This document shows positions 41,371-54,508 of a DNA stretch of 64,000 nt, in pieces (positions within the stretch are counted from its first letter, which is position 1; the number at the start of each line of letters is the position of its first letter). Below the pieces are notes generated by a model. It saw only the letters and a program-made list of their open reading frames with translations, made no database searches and was not told the DNA's origin. A program made the position numbers and the translations under genes. Source of the DNA: Eledone cirrhosa (taxonomy: Eukaryota); assembly GCA_964016885.1 (NCBI GenBank), contig OZ024740.1:419368001-419432000 (forward strand). The letters run 5' to 3'.

Positions 41371-41632
41371 ATATAAATATACAATATATTAACAAATGGA
41401 AACTATATTTATAAAACCATATTTATTTTATTATACATATTTCAAATATATAAACATTTGTGTCAAATTGAAATACGAAAGGCAAATTATGGTGCGCTTG
41501 CATGAGATAAAATACAATACAGATTAGTTTTATAAATACATATTGACATATCCTGAAAAAAGACAACCTTAACGGTTGGAGCTTCCTGGATAGAAGCTTG
41601 TTGTATCCCAACAAATTAAATATAACCTATGC

Positions 41633-41664
<32 letters not shown>

Positions 41665-41674
41665 ATTTATGTCT

Positions 41675-42024
41675 ATCATCATTTCATCATCATCATTTCA
41701 TTTTACGTCCGCTATTTCCCTGCTTGCAAGGGTGGGACAGGAACTGATTTTGGCTTGATTTCTACAGCTGGATGCCCTTCCTAACACCAGCCTCATTTAC
41801 AGTGAGTGCTGGGTGCTTTTTTGCCATGGCACCTCAACGACCACTTTGCAGTGGAATGATATGGACCCCAGTCCCTATCATCTCATTTCTACAGCTGAGT
41901 AAACTGGAGCAATGTTAAATAAAGTGTCTTGCTCAAGGAAACAACACATCACCCGGTCTGAGAATTGAACTCACAACCTTTCTATTGCAAGGCCAATGCT
42001 CTAACCACTAAGCCATGTGCCTCC
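41675..42024 (-). mobile_element. Same SINE family, inverted
   Basis: Reverse complement of 41041-41370 with few differences. Confidence 0.9.
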
Positions 42025-42357
42025 ATTATTTATATGTATATATGTGAATATATATGTCTATATGTGTGTATTTATATATTGATTTTTTTAATTGTTTTTG
42101 ATCATGCTGAGTAACACCTTCACTCATTCCTTGCTACCCTCTCCCAACCTCCTTATCTATTGCACCATGTAAGTGATAAATTTTTGATGTGATCTTTGAT
42201 GTAATTTTTTATGACATTTTTTATGACAATATATGCGTCATGTATTGTGACTTTTTCTATATACCGCTGGCCTCGGGAACCGCCTGCTGGTCCTTTAACC
42301 TTGTTCTGGTGACGCAGCTTGATGGAGCATGCAACTATTGATATACTCTTGTTTATA

Positions 42358-42404
42358 GGCTCTGATGATTCCTGCCTTAGGGTACGGATGAAACACTGTT
42401 AGCT
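42358..42404 (+). ncRNA. Type-I hammerhead ribozyme motif followed by AATAAA
   Basis: GGCT-CTGATGA-T-TCC-TGCC-TTAG-GGTA-C-GGA-T-GAA-AC-ACT-GT-T-AGCT-AATAAA. Confidence 0.7.
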
Positions 42405-42475
42405 AATAAAACAATGTATTTGTAAGCACTCTTTGGTTATTCCTAAACCTATATGTATTTATGTATATATATATA

Positions 42476-42519
<44 letters not shown>

Positions 42520-42583
42520 AATATATATGTCTATATATGTGTATATATACATATATATATATATGCAAATATATATATATATG

Positions 42584-42852
42584 GGTACAAGCTGAAGCAT
42601 ATAGACAATGTGCCCCCCCCCCCCCCCACCGCAAGGTGGTCGTGGAGGTGCCACGGCAAAAAAGCACCCAGCCCACACTGTAAATGAGGTTGGTGTTAGG
42701 AAGGGCATCCAGCTGTAGAAATCAAGCCAAATCAGTTCCTGTATGAGCAAGGCATGGTCAGTCGACCAGACACTGCCCACAACAGGACAACCCGTCTAAC
42801 CCATGCTAGCGTGGAAGAACGGACGTAAAACGGTGATGATGATGATGATGAT
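42584..42852 (+). mobile_element. 5'-truncated RTE-tail element with a long flanking direct repeat
   Basis: Shares the GTGGTCGTGGAGG..CACGGCAAAAAAGCACCCAG...(GAT)n tail. 42511-42572 is repeated at 42851-42912. Confidence 0.8.
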
Positions 42853-42945
42853 ATATGCAAATATATATATCTATATATGTGTATATATACATATATATAT
42901 ATATGCAAATATAAATGTCTGTGTGTCTATAGATATATACAAGTG

Positions 42946-42988
<43 letters not shown>

Positions 42989-43269
42989 TCATCCTCATCT
43001 TGTCAGTTTTACCATGCTTGTGCATATGTGTGTATACTCATGTGTTTATATCTATCTCTATGTGTATATATATATTCAGGTTTGAGGTTCACCACTGTAT
43101 AGAGCTGGTCTATTCTGTATGGTCAATCGTAATGTAATAATATAGAGAGTACTCAACGTAAAGCAGTTCAACCGTCTTTGTTTTTGTAGTTGGTGGTGCT
43201 ATTACGGAGTTAAATATTATAATGAAATGACAGGAGGCTGGATTTGTGTAAATCCTTGAAAGGTTTATT

Positions 43270-43327
43270 ATACTATGATCATTTCAATGACCGGGTTCCG
43301 TATGAATCCGGTGATATCATCAGGTAT
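43270..43327 (-). ncRNA. Type-I hammerhead ribozyme motif with palindromic stem III, followed by AATAAA
   Basis: Minus strand reads ATAC-CTGATGA-T-ATCACCGGATTC-ATACG-GAACCCGGTCAT-T-GAA-ATGATCAT-A-GTAT-AATAAA. Confidence 0.75.
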
Positions 43328-44449
43328 TCAAAATATAATACGTGAATGTAATAGATAAAATCCATGGGGCTGAAAATCGAGGACCCGAGGGCGACCGCTA
43401 TTCTGCTCCTTCAACCTCAGCCGGTCGCCCTCGAGTGACGTGGCTAAAGTTTACAGTGTGCTACTACCGGTCAGATAAACGAAAACAGAAAGGGATGGGA
43501 ACATAAGTTAACGTCGATCTCATGCCACAAGATAAAAGAAAGAAAGAAAGGAAGGAGAGAGAAGAAGGGGGAAGGAAGAAGAAGAGAAGCCAGGGTTAAT
43601 GTCAGCTATAAGAAGAAAGACAACTACTACCGGTCAGATATAGGCAAACAAAAGGGGGAAGGAAGATAAGTCTGCGGGAGGAAGACAGGAAGAGGGGAGA
43701 AGAGAAGGGAGAAGTAGAAAAGTAAGGGTTGATGGCTACAAGAAGGAAGATAGAAAGAAAGAGGGAGAAAGGTCGATATTAATGTCAGACCACAGTCAGG
43801 CCAGGAATGGCGCGAGAAAATTTTCACAGGGACCCGCATCTTAGCAGAGGTGAATATATTGGGGGTCAGTGTGTTACAATGTTTAGACTTCTAGGATGAA
43901 GTTAAAAAATTACTAATCAATATTCAATATTAAAGAGGTTAGAAAATTTGAAGTTAAGCAGTTTAACATTTTCAGGTTGATATATCTAATAGTTCCGATT
44001 TGATCTGTAATTTAAAGGTACTATGTGGCGGTTAAAACACCGGTCGCGCTCCGGGCCCCAGGGCGAATTAGGCTACGCCGAGTATTTTCATTTACCGAAA
44101 GAAGGGGAAATTTATTTTTCCAAGCACTCCAGGTAAGCCCGTGCGCCAGGGGGCCGGTCGCGCCGCCATTAAAACCCACCCAGCAGTCCAACAGAAAGTT
44201 GGAACCTTAAAATATTGCTTAACTTTATAGGATGAAGTTGAAAGAATTCAGAATAACATTATAAAATTAAAGAGTAAGAAGATTGAGAATTGAACAAACA
44301 GAAAATTGAAGATTAAACATTTAAAAAACTTCTATGAGGTTTTGGGTTGCGGGGTTTAATTAAAGAGAGTCTTTTATGAAGAAACGTTAATTGTATTATG
44401 TAGATCTGTAATTTATCCTAGTGGGATGTAGAGTACGGGATATAGTCGT

Positions 44450-45177
44450 GTAATATTTATTTTTGTTCTCAGGAGGAGACATTCTAGTGTCGTGTGCTAA
44501 TGGGTACAAGTGAGCAAATGTCCCAATGTGAGGAGTAGAAATACATGGATACATAGAAGTGGAATACGTGGAAGAGCACATTGGCAAAGCAAATCTATAA
44601 ATATATAAACATATCAATATATAGGTATAAATATGTAAATAAACCAACAAGAGTGGTGTTGGAGTAAGATGGAGAAATCAAGACATAGGAGAATTATAAT
44701 ATAGTTCAGGTTGCAGTATTTATGTTCCCGGGGGGAGACAATCCTGTGTCGTGTGCTAAGGGTACACGCGAGTAAAAGTCCGAATAAGGGAAGTAAAAAG
44801 TACATGGATGTATAGAGGTAGAGTACGTGGAAAAGCATTAATACAGCAAATAAAGATGTGAAGATATAAATAAACAAACAAGAGTCGTTGTCTAGTAAAT
44901 GGAGAGTTCAAGACACAGGAGAAATACAATATAGTACAGGTTGCAGTATTTATGTTCCCAGGGGGAGATATTCCAGTGTCGTGTGCTAAGGGTACACGCG
45001 AGTAAAAGTCCGAATAAGGGAAGTAAAAAGTACATGGATGTATAGAGGTAGAATACATGGAAAAGCATTAATACAGCAAATAAAGATGTAAAGATATAAA
45101 TAAACAAACAAGAGTCGTTGTCTATTAAATGGAGAGTTCAAGACACAGGAGAAATACAATATAGTTCAAGTTGCAGT
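44450..45177. repeat. ~230-260-bp tandem repeat x3
   Basis: Anchor GTGTCGTGTGCTAA at 44487, 44746 and 44976. The last two units are near-identical. Confidence 0.92.
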
Positions 45178-46472
45178 CAGATAATGCATATAGATGTGGA
45201 AATGGAATCAGTGTGTGTTCGAGTCTGGGAATTCAGTGTGAGTTATACATGCCCAGAAGTATAGGGTAGCGAATTTAGTTAATACAGTGCAGTACAATAC
45301 TTGTTATGGTCTAATCCGTAGAGTTTCGTCGAAGTCCGAATATTCTGAGAGGGAAGTAGCAATGGGTGAGGCGAAAACACCGAGTAGCCAAAGTTCGAAT
45401 GGTGGTTAGATATATTCAGTCCCATGCCGCTGTTTTTTTTAATATTTTACCTTATTTCTAATGAAAGACACTACCCAATGATTTTCAAATCATTTTGTAA
45501 ATAATCAAGAATTTGGAGGGATTTAGTTATATAATTAACTTTCTCATTATTTATCTGGTGTTTGGAACATAACTTAAAGATTCTGAGAAAATTATGGTGG
45601 ATGGTGGTGATAGGAAGGACATCCAGGTGTAGAAATCTTGCCAAACAAAAGGGTTGGGAGGACCCTCAGTTGTGTCAAAGACATGACAACCTCTCCTGTG
45701 CACTCAATGGAGTGTCAGCCGTATATAAAGCGAGACACAGATCTCTGGTCTGTCTGGGAGACCAGTGGCTCTGCTTCAATACTGACTTGGTCTATGTAGA
45801 CCCATCCAACCCTTACTAGCAGGGTAAGCAGGCCTTAAAACAATGATGATGAGGATTAACACTTTAAAATACAGCCTGGGTGGTTTCAAGCAGTTTTAGT
45901 ATCAAGAGTTAAACAAGCAGAGATCAAATTGAGCAGTCATTATGTTAATCCTACCAAGGTTAGCTTTATCTTTCATCCTTACTGGGTTGATAAAATAAAG
46001 TACTAGTAATGGATTAAGTACTAGTAATGGATTGAGGTTGATTTAATCAACTTTTCCTTATTCCCATGCTGACTAAAATTATATTTTATTTACTGTATTG
46101 TAAATCTGAATGCCTGTTATCTATTTAGTACATAACATATTTATCATCTTCATCATCATCATCGTTTAACGTCTATTTTCCACGCTAGCATGGGTTTAGA
46201 CGGGGTTTATATCTTGTGTTATTTATAACATCTGGTCTGCAGTCTTTTGTTCTCAATATTTTCACTTCCTAAGTGCACCTCTTATGTCCTGAGACTGATT
46301 CACAATGATACACAATAGGTTCTTTTTAAACACTAATTATTTCAAAAGAAAGGTTTTCAACGATATATCAACAAATTCTCTAATTGAGGATTACAAAATA
46401 TTTAATTTATCAAAGAGAAATGAATGCTTGCCCTCTCTGCAAACAATCAATTGAATGTTATTTATGAATTCA

Positions 46473-46746
46473 GACATGTGGCTTAGTGGTAAGGGTGTTT
46501 GGCGCACGATCATAATGTCAATGATTCGATTCCTGGACTGGGTTGTGTTCTTGAGTAAAACACTTCATGTTGTTCCAGTATACTCAGTTGAAAATGAGTA
46601 CCAGTAATAGCTGAGGGTTTAACCTTGTGATGAACTGGCATCCTGTGCAGGAGGGGGTGGGGGTGTTGTACTCTCAGTCGCTTCACATCAAGGAAACCGG
46701 GATAAGTACTGGCCTGCTGAGTCTCCGGAGCTCAAGACAGTCTTTA
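46473..46746 (+). mobile_element. tRNA-derived SINE with CORE-like and V-domain-like blocks
   Basis: TGGCTTAGTGG A-box, GATTCGATTCC B-box, AACCTTGTGATGAACTGGCATCCTGTGCAGG...GGAAACCGGGATAAG. Confidence 0.7.
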
Positions 46747-46815
46747 TGATAGGATGATTCTAAAGTCTAAAGTCTCATTGAAAACTTTTGTAAAAAGAAA
46801 TATTTTGTTAATTCG

Positions 46816-47426
46816 TTTTACTTTGATACCATCCACCTGAAACTGTCTCTGGTTCTATGAAACAAAACCACCCATTTTAAAGGGTTCCCATTTAACCCTT
46901 TAGCGTTTAGATTACTCTATTATATTTTCATGGTAAAGGCTTTCTCACATAATATGGAACTTACGAGATTTTGATGTTATTATTTAGAGAACAAGGGCGA
47001 TGGATTGGCAGTATTGGTAGAGGGTCGGATGCCATGCTTTGCAGCAAAGAGTTATGGCCCTTTATGGTCTGAGTTCAAGGTTAACTTTGCCTTTCATCCT
47101 TATGTGGCCGATAAGATAAAGTACCAGTAATGCACTGGGTAATTGCTGGCCTTGTGCCAAAAGTAAACAATTATTTAGAGAACAATACCTTAATGTCAGT
47201 ATGAGTGCCCAGTTTGAACAGAAAGAGGTGAAAGAAATCTGGCCGGATGTGGCCGGTTTAAATGCTAAAGGGTTAAATTAAAACCTCCCAACATATTTTT
47301 TTTATGTAATAATTATGTTGCAAATACTATGGAATAATTAATAGTTTTCATAAATCACTCCAAGATATTCATCTATCAATAATAATTCTGTGTATTTCAT
47401 TAGAAATATGGTCGTGAAAGGGTTAA
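46816..47426 (-). mobile_element. Nested trio: MITE A containing MITE B (46892-47276), which contains a SINE (46995-47169)
   Basis: MITE B is bounded by TTAA-CCCTTTAGC...GCTAAAGGG-TTAA. The SINE is flanked by a 16-bp TSD ATTATTTAGAGAACAA (46979-46994, 47170-47185). Confidence 0.88.
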
Positions 47427-48123
47427 AGTGGAATTTTTATTATTAATTTACTTATTATTCTAATAGTTTGGCTGTCAGTGTTAAATTCCTGCAGCAACTG
47501 TTAATGCAACTTTTCAAACGAATTCTTTAGCATTGCTTTACCTGTGATATGAATAATGAAGTCAATCATTTAATTTTTCAACTTACCTGTCATATTAGAT
47601 GTTAGGCAACCCAATTAATATTCTCTTCATACCTGTTATCTTCTCAAATTAATTCTGTCAACTCAAGATATTCACATTTTCCCTCTTTTGTACTGCAGTA
47701 GCTAAAGCAATTTAATAAATATTAATCCACAATTATGTTTCCATTAATTAAAGAAAAAATATCTAACTTATGCTAGGTTGAAAAAGAAGGCATTGAAATC
47801 TGCCTTTATTTTTATTTTTACTATATATTTTTGGTCTTCAATTTCTATATAGTTTCAGGTATATTACAGTGTTTTCTTTTTTGGATCTAGCAAGCCATTA
47901 GGAAATCTTGCTGTCAAACCTATTCAGCACCTTAAGAAAAATTATTTAATTCCTGCCTAAGTCAATGTCCTGAAGATATTTACTTCTTCTACCTAAAAAT
48001 ATAGAGAACTACATAAGGCATCTTGCTGTGTGATAATAAGATATGTAGTGGATAAAGTCAATTAATCTGCAGTATGTTTGGTATTTTTTTGAGCTCAGAA
48101 GAATAAAACACTGTCTATCCTGA

Positions 48124-48240
48124 TAGTGAAGATATGTAGCTGGTGGTTAGGGCATTTAGTGAAGATATGTGGCCTAGTGGTTAGCGCATTTAGTGAAGAT
48201 ATGTGGCCTAGTGGTTAGCGCATTTAGTGAAGATATGTGG
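48124..48240 (+). repeat. 33-34-bp tandem triplication of a SINE head (A-box)
   Basis: TAGTGAAGATATGT(G)GCCTAGTGGTTAGCGCATT at 48124, 48157 and 48191, partial at 48225. Confidence 0.85.
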
Positions 48241-48436
48241 TTTATTCTCAGTCACTTAACGCCAATGAAAAATGAAAGTGGCGATAAGCACCAGCCTGAT
48301 GAACCTGGCTTGGGATATACTTATTTTATCCTGATAACATTTGAATTTAGATCTTAGAGACATCAGTAAATACTATATGGTATTTAATTGAGGGCTTTTT
48401 TAATTCTGTTATTCCTTTACCATTGCTAATAATAGT

Positions 48437-48620
48437 TTCTGATTTAATCACAAGGTCAGCAATGTGAAGAGACGGGAAAAGTCGATTAAATCAACCCCAG
48501 TGTGTTACTGGTACTATTTTATCAACCCTGTAATGATGAAAGGCAAAGCTAACCTTGGCAAGATTTGAAATAAGAACATAAAGGGCTGGAACTCTATGCC
48601 ATGAAGCAATTCACCACCCT
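48437..48620 (-). mobile_element. SINE (same family as 9065-9195)
   Basis: CTGGTACT..TTTATCAACCCTG..A..ATGAAAGGCAAAG..AACCTTGGC...ATTTGAA. Confidence 0.75.
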
Positions 48621-49247
48621 TTTTATCATTGCTAATAGTAAAGAGTATTATAGTGAACTGAATCAATTCCAGTAAATGACTGGTGTTGATTTAATCATCG
48701 TCAAGAGTTGAGATATAAAGTCCTCATGATTACCATCGTTTTCACACCTACTTTGCTATTCTGGTGTAGGTTAGACTACACTTTTTGAAGCAACATTTTA
48801 TGGTTGGATGTCCTTCTTGGTTCCAATCTTTTTAGTCACCTCCTACAACTTTCATGGATTCGGTGTATGGTATGGTCTTGTAACTCCTGGTGGAGTGGTA
48901 GGGGCATTGTATTGACATATGTCATTCCAAGGGCATTTTATGCCTAGCAGGGGCCCATCCCTCTTCAGGTTTGAATACAGCAGATTTCCTCCAGAGATGG
49001 AGGAAGTGAGGTCTGGTACTTTTGTTTATCAACCTTGAAAGAATGAAAGGCATAGTGTACCTATTGTGGAGAAGAAAAAAAAAAATTAAAAGAACAACAC
49101 TTAACCAGCTCTAAGTAAAACCAATTTCTTTTCACTTAAATATGATACACGAGTTGACTGTCACAAGTATTTAGTAATACAAGTATCATTTGATAAGATC
49201 AAACAATGGAAATAAATAATACTGACACTCCAGTTACAATGCTGAGT

Positions 49248-49983
49248 GTTCCAGTTGATACAAACGATCAACGGAACAACCTTCTCCCACTTATTCCTGA
49301 GAGGGTCATGGGAGCAGAGTCCTCAAACACTCCTTCCAACGGCTCCTGTTAGAAGCAACTGTCTCCAATTGATCCAGCTGGATCCCCAAGCAAGACCAGC
49401 CGAGTGCATGGATGCTGTTGAACTATCTTGTTCAGGGTCTACCCCTGGGTCTCCTGCCAGTTGGTTTTGCCTGTAAAATCTGTCCAGTGATTCCTTCCTG
49501 AGACATTCTAATCCCATGCCTATAGTATCAGAGCTGTGATCTCAAAATTTGGAGAAGTAGCGACTCTATCTGGAGCAACTCTGATTTCCAAGCTACACTG
49601 TCACGGAACAACCTGCTAGTGAAATTAATGTGCAAGTGGCTGAGCATTCTACAGACATGTGTACTCTTAACATAGTTCTCAGGGAGATTCAGCATGACGC
49701 AGAATGTAACAAGAATGGCCCTTTAAATTACAGCTACATCTCATTTTTGTTAGCTGACTGCAACGCGAAATAAAATGCTTTGTTCAAGGATACAACATGC
49801 CACAGGAAATTGAACTCATGACCTTACGGTCATTATAATAATAATGATAATAATGAAATTATTGTGTAAAGTGCTCAGGTGCACTACAACTCGTCAAAGG
49901 TGCATGTATAGTACATAGAATAATATACAAATGTCAGGGAAGTGAATTAGCCAAATACCCTAACCACTAAGCCATGTGCCTCC
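49248..49983 (-). mobile_element. tRNA-derived SINE interrupted by an Expander-like LINE fragment (49283-49602) and an (ATT)n-tailed fragment (49833-49946)
   Basis: SINE head at 49950-49983 (TAACCACTAAGCCATGTGCCTCC). A 12-bp TSD ACGGAACAACCT lies at 49271-49282 and 49603-49614. Confidence 0.8.
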
Positions 49984-50397
49984 ACAATAAATAATACAGG
50001 AAACTATATAAAGGGAGGAAATATTTATGAATTGATACGAGACATTGAAACAGTTATTTTTACTTGTGTTTATTTTTAGTTTTGTTGAATACTATTTATA
50101 GGGATTATACATCTAACTCCACATATATACATACATACACACACACTTATATACATACATATATAAATACATGCATACATACATAGAAAAATGGACGTTA
50201 AACTGTGTTGTACATAAATATGTGTGTATACATAAAAAAGCATGCATACATTCATATGTACATACACACAGGCCCACATACACACACATTCCTAAAAGGT
50301 AAACATTAAAAATGATTATGTATCTACAGATGCGATAGTTTTCTTCTTAATTTGCTTTAACTTTATGTGGCAGGTGTAGTAAAAATTATTTAATTAT

Positions 50398-50648
50398 TTA
50401 ACTCCTTTTGTGACCATATTTCTAATGAAATATACTGTATTTTAATTAATTAATTAAGAATTTGGAAGGATTTATCTTAATTATAATTCCATTATTAAGG
50501 TGATATTTGTAACGTAACTTAACAAAAGATTCTGATATTAAATTATGTTGGAAGATTTGAAATTTAAAAAAGGCAGCTTTAAAATGGATGGTTTTGTTTG
50601 ATAGTACCAGAACTGGGTTTAGGGGCAGTTTGGTATTGAAAGGATCAA
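50398..50648 (+). mobile_element. piggyBac-type MITE family A
   Basis: Homologous to 4320-4559 from end to end. Confidence 0.65.
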
Positions 50649-51095
50649 TTTTGTTGTTTAGCACTAAGTCAGTCTTGATCAATGATATGATCACAGGCAT
50701 TCCATCTGTGACCATCCTGTCATTTTTCTTTCTATTCATACCCAACATTGTTCAGTGTTCCTTTTTTTTTCTTTTAGGAATGTAGGCTATGATGTGAAGA
50801 TTTGGCTGCTATTTCTAGCAGGTTGAGTGACTTCATAGTGGCTTTTTGTATGATTTTTTTATTTTATTTTATTTTAACAGATTGGTTTAAAGGAATTTGA
50901 ATTGTTTTGTTACTCTCTCAAGCTAGAGTTAGCAACAAAAGCCATTTTCAAAAATTCTCGTTCATGTTGTGTAAATATTTTTTAGGTCCACCTGGCTTTG
51001 TGGTTAAGATGTTGCTTTTCAACTAACAGACTAATTCTAAGTAGCCAAATATGGTACAAGTACATGTTACTACCTAACAGACTAATTCTAAGTAG

Positions 51096-51136
<41 letters not shown>

Positions 51137-51198
51137 TGTAAAAGGTAAACAGAACTAACAACACAATCGTTACAGTATGGAAGGGATTAACACTTGAA

Positions 51199-51332
51199 AT
51201 AGCAGGAAGAGGGTCTTAACGTTTTTGACGCTAGTCCTTCATCAGAAGAAAGAATGGGAAATAAGATAAATTGAGGGGAGAGGTGGGGTGGAATTGGAAA
51301 AAATGTCTTTAGATAAAAATAACAGGTCCATT
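51199..51332 (-). mobile_element. Penelope-like pLTR fragment with a mutated hammerhead (51214-51249)
   Basis: Reverse-complement homologue of 39691-39825. Confidence 0.7.
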
Positions 51333-51875
51333 CATGTTGACATCTCTTGCAAAGCTGTTGGTGCTGGCGTTTTGTGTATGATTTATTTTTTAGAGAAGTG
51401 GATGATGGAGTGCGTCTATAGGCTTCTGCCTAGTTGCCGTCTACTAATTTCACTCACAGAGCATTAGTTAGCTAAAGGTTGTATTAGAGGGGTGTAATTG
51501 TTATAGTGCCATGCTGTGGGATTTAACCTGGTAACCAAATTACTACAAAATGAACTTCTTAACAACTTAGTCATCCTTATACTTATGAAATAGAGGAACA
51601 AATATTCAGAAGATATTTTGTCCACTTCAAATTAAAGTGGTAATGTTTTCCTTTAGATATAGAAAGTATATTATTGACTGAATGTAGTGTATGTAGATAA
51701 GGATTGTTACAAACGTATATTTATTTAATCAATTTAAACATCCGTATAGAGATAGTAAGCCATGGCAGACTAGGGGAAGTATTGAGTACTCCTTACTGTT
51801 GGTAATTAAAAAGAGCTAGTGAGATAAGTAATAAAAAAATAAATTTAAAAAAGGAGGGGAGGGGAAAGATTGGTT

Positions 51876-52066
51876 TTAACCCTTTACCATTTATAATACT
51901 CTATATTTACTATTATATTCACATAATTATCTATGAGATTTTGATATTATTTATTTTGAGAACAATACCTTAACATAAGTATGAGCAGCCGGTTACAGCC
52001 AGTTTGAACAGAAAGAGGTGAGAGAATTTTGGCTGGGTATGGCCAGTTTAATTGCTAAAGGGTTAA
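51876..52066 (-). mobile_element. piggyBac-type MITE family B
   Basis: TTAA-CCCTTTACCATT...ATTGCTAAAGGG-TTAA. Confidence 0.85.
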
Positions 52067-52394
52067 GATGGCCTCTCTCTCATTAAATTGGCATCTTTGT
52101 ATGTCTGTATATGTGTGTGAATTCCAAACGAGTATCTTCCATCTCCAACTATCTCACCCTCCGCCTCTTGATACTGGCCAGCAGGATGGAGAATACATTT
52201 TCCCAGAGGACAGTGAGAGAGACATACTGGAACGGTGGGGGGATGGTAGGGATAATATAATACTATATTAAATGATATATATTATATATAGGAAAATAAA
52301 AATATATATAATATTTATTTATACATAATATATATTATATTATTCTATATTAATTAACGATTTTATTCATTATATGTTATTTACAATTTGCGTG

Positions 52395-52460
52395 TAGGCA
52401 GGTCCCTCTGGAAATAGGGTTGGGGTGGGGGGCTTTGACACAAAAGTTTGAGAACCTCTG
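52395..52460 (+). mobile_element. Isolated hAT-type terminus
   Basis: GTTTGAGAACCTCTG, similar to the terminus at 2971-2985. Confidence 0.5.
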
Positions 52461-53260
52461 TCTTTCACTAACACAACGTATCTAGCAAAGCACACGATTC
52501 ATTTCTTATTAGCCATCAGTCCGAACCACTGTTATCCAGGAACTGAAGAAATATCTCCCTTAAACTTAACTTTACCAACCACATACATATTTGGTGAAAT
52601 GTATTCTGATTTTGTGGAGAATACATATGAGGGAATATATTTGATCGTTATCAGGTATTTTGTTTTAAATCTTTTATTAAATTTAATAAGGTACTCAACA
52701 AATTATGTAGTCTTACTTTCAGTGTAGATTGTCTCTAGTTCTAAGTTTTGATATGTCTTAGTGCGCACTTATCTGTGTATGAATATATTTAAACCACTTT
52801 CTTATAATGATTAAGGCTCGATTTAATTCTCTGAATTCTATCTTGAGCTGTTATTAGAGAGAAGACATATGTTTGATTTTGTATCATTCATGACACCCTT
52901 TACCTTGAAAGTAATATATATATATATCTATATATTATCATCATTGTCGATCAACGTCTATCTTCCACGCTAGCATGGGTTAGACGGGTTTGTCCCATTT
53001 AGAGACAAGTTGGGTTGGGTGACCATGTCTTGCTTATATGTATGTACATTGGAACACACTTATCAGGGATTGTTTTTTTTTTTGTTTTTTTCCAAAAACA
53101 ATATAAGTAGATGATGTGTTACACACATACCACACACATTTGATAAAACAAAAACATTGTTATTATTCACCCATTGGTGACTATGTTTCTAAAGAAAGAC
53201 ATTAGCTATGATATTCAAATATTTTTGAAAATAATTTAGAATTTCGAGAGACATAATAAT

Positions 53261-53445
53261 TGTTTCTACTTTTGGCACAAGGCCAGCAATTATCCCAGTG
53301 TATTACTTTATTTTATCGACCCCGTAAGGATGAAAGGCAAAGTTAGCCTCGGCAGGATTTGTACTCGGACCATAAAGGGCTGTAACTCTATGCTGCATAG
53401 CATTTCGTCCAACCCTCTACCGATACTGCCAATCCACCGCCCTGC
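53261..53445 (-). mobile_element. SINE inserted in a family-A MITE (~53165-53610)
   Basis: 14-bp TSD AGAGACATAATAAT at 53247-53260 and 53446-53459. The host MITE ends AAAAGGG-TTAA at 53610. Confidence 0.85.
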
Positions 53446-54209
53446 AGAGACATAATAATATAACTAACTTAATCATTAATTTATCTGCTGGGTGAAACAC
53501 AAGTTAACAAAGGTTGTTACATAAAATTATGTTGGAAGGTTTTTAGATAAATAAAAACACTATAAAATAAACTGTAGTGGTTCCAGACAGTTTGTTATTA
53601 AAAGGGTTAATAGTACAGTTCTGAAAGTATTGGTACTTATAATTTCTGGGAAAGAGGAGAAACTTTAGATGAAAAAGATCAGATTGATTACATGAAGGTA
53701 TTGAATACTGTTACTAACTTCATTACAAATCTTTTCTATATTATCTTAATCTTTATCTTGTTTTATATATATATATATATATAAAACAAGATAAAGATTA
53801 AGATAATATATATATATATATATATACACACACTCACATACATACACAAACACACACACATATGTGTGTTTATAGATATATATATATATATATATGTTTG
53901 TGTGTGTATAGATAGATATATGTGTGTGTGTGTATAGTAGAATTGTGTGAAATTCTAAATTTCTAGAAATTAGATTTGCTGCTGATTTCCCATATATCAC
54001 CATCACTGTTTTAATTCCATATTCCACACTAGCATGGGTATGCTGAATCATGTTAAATTATATCATTTATAGAACAAACAGTAGACTCTATACACTGCTC
54101 CATTAAATAAACTTGAAGTAACTATTATTATTTTAAAATTAATAAACAAAGTGTGGCCCTATAATAGACACAGTCCAATGAATGAAACCAGTAAAAGTAT
54201 AGACAATTC

Positions 54210-54508
54210 TTCTTCTTCTCTTCTCCTTTGCCCACTTATTCCTGAGAGGGTGATAGGGGCAGAGTCCTCAAACACTCCTTCCAGTGGGTTCTGTCTGAAG
54301 CAACCATCTCCAACTGATCCAGCTGGATCTCCAAGCAAGACTAGCCAAGCTCATGGATGTTATCCAACCATCTTGCTCGGGATCTACCCCTGGGTTTCCT
54401 GCCAGTTTGTTTTGCCTGTAAAATCTGTCCAGCAATTCTAACTACATACCTGTAATATTGGAGCTGTAGTCTCTCAATTTGGAGAAGTAGCAGCTCTACC
54501 TGGAGTGA
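54210..54508 (-). mobile_element. Expander/RTE-1-like LINE 3' fragment
   Basis: Homologous to 7845-8160. Confidence 0.85.
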
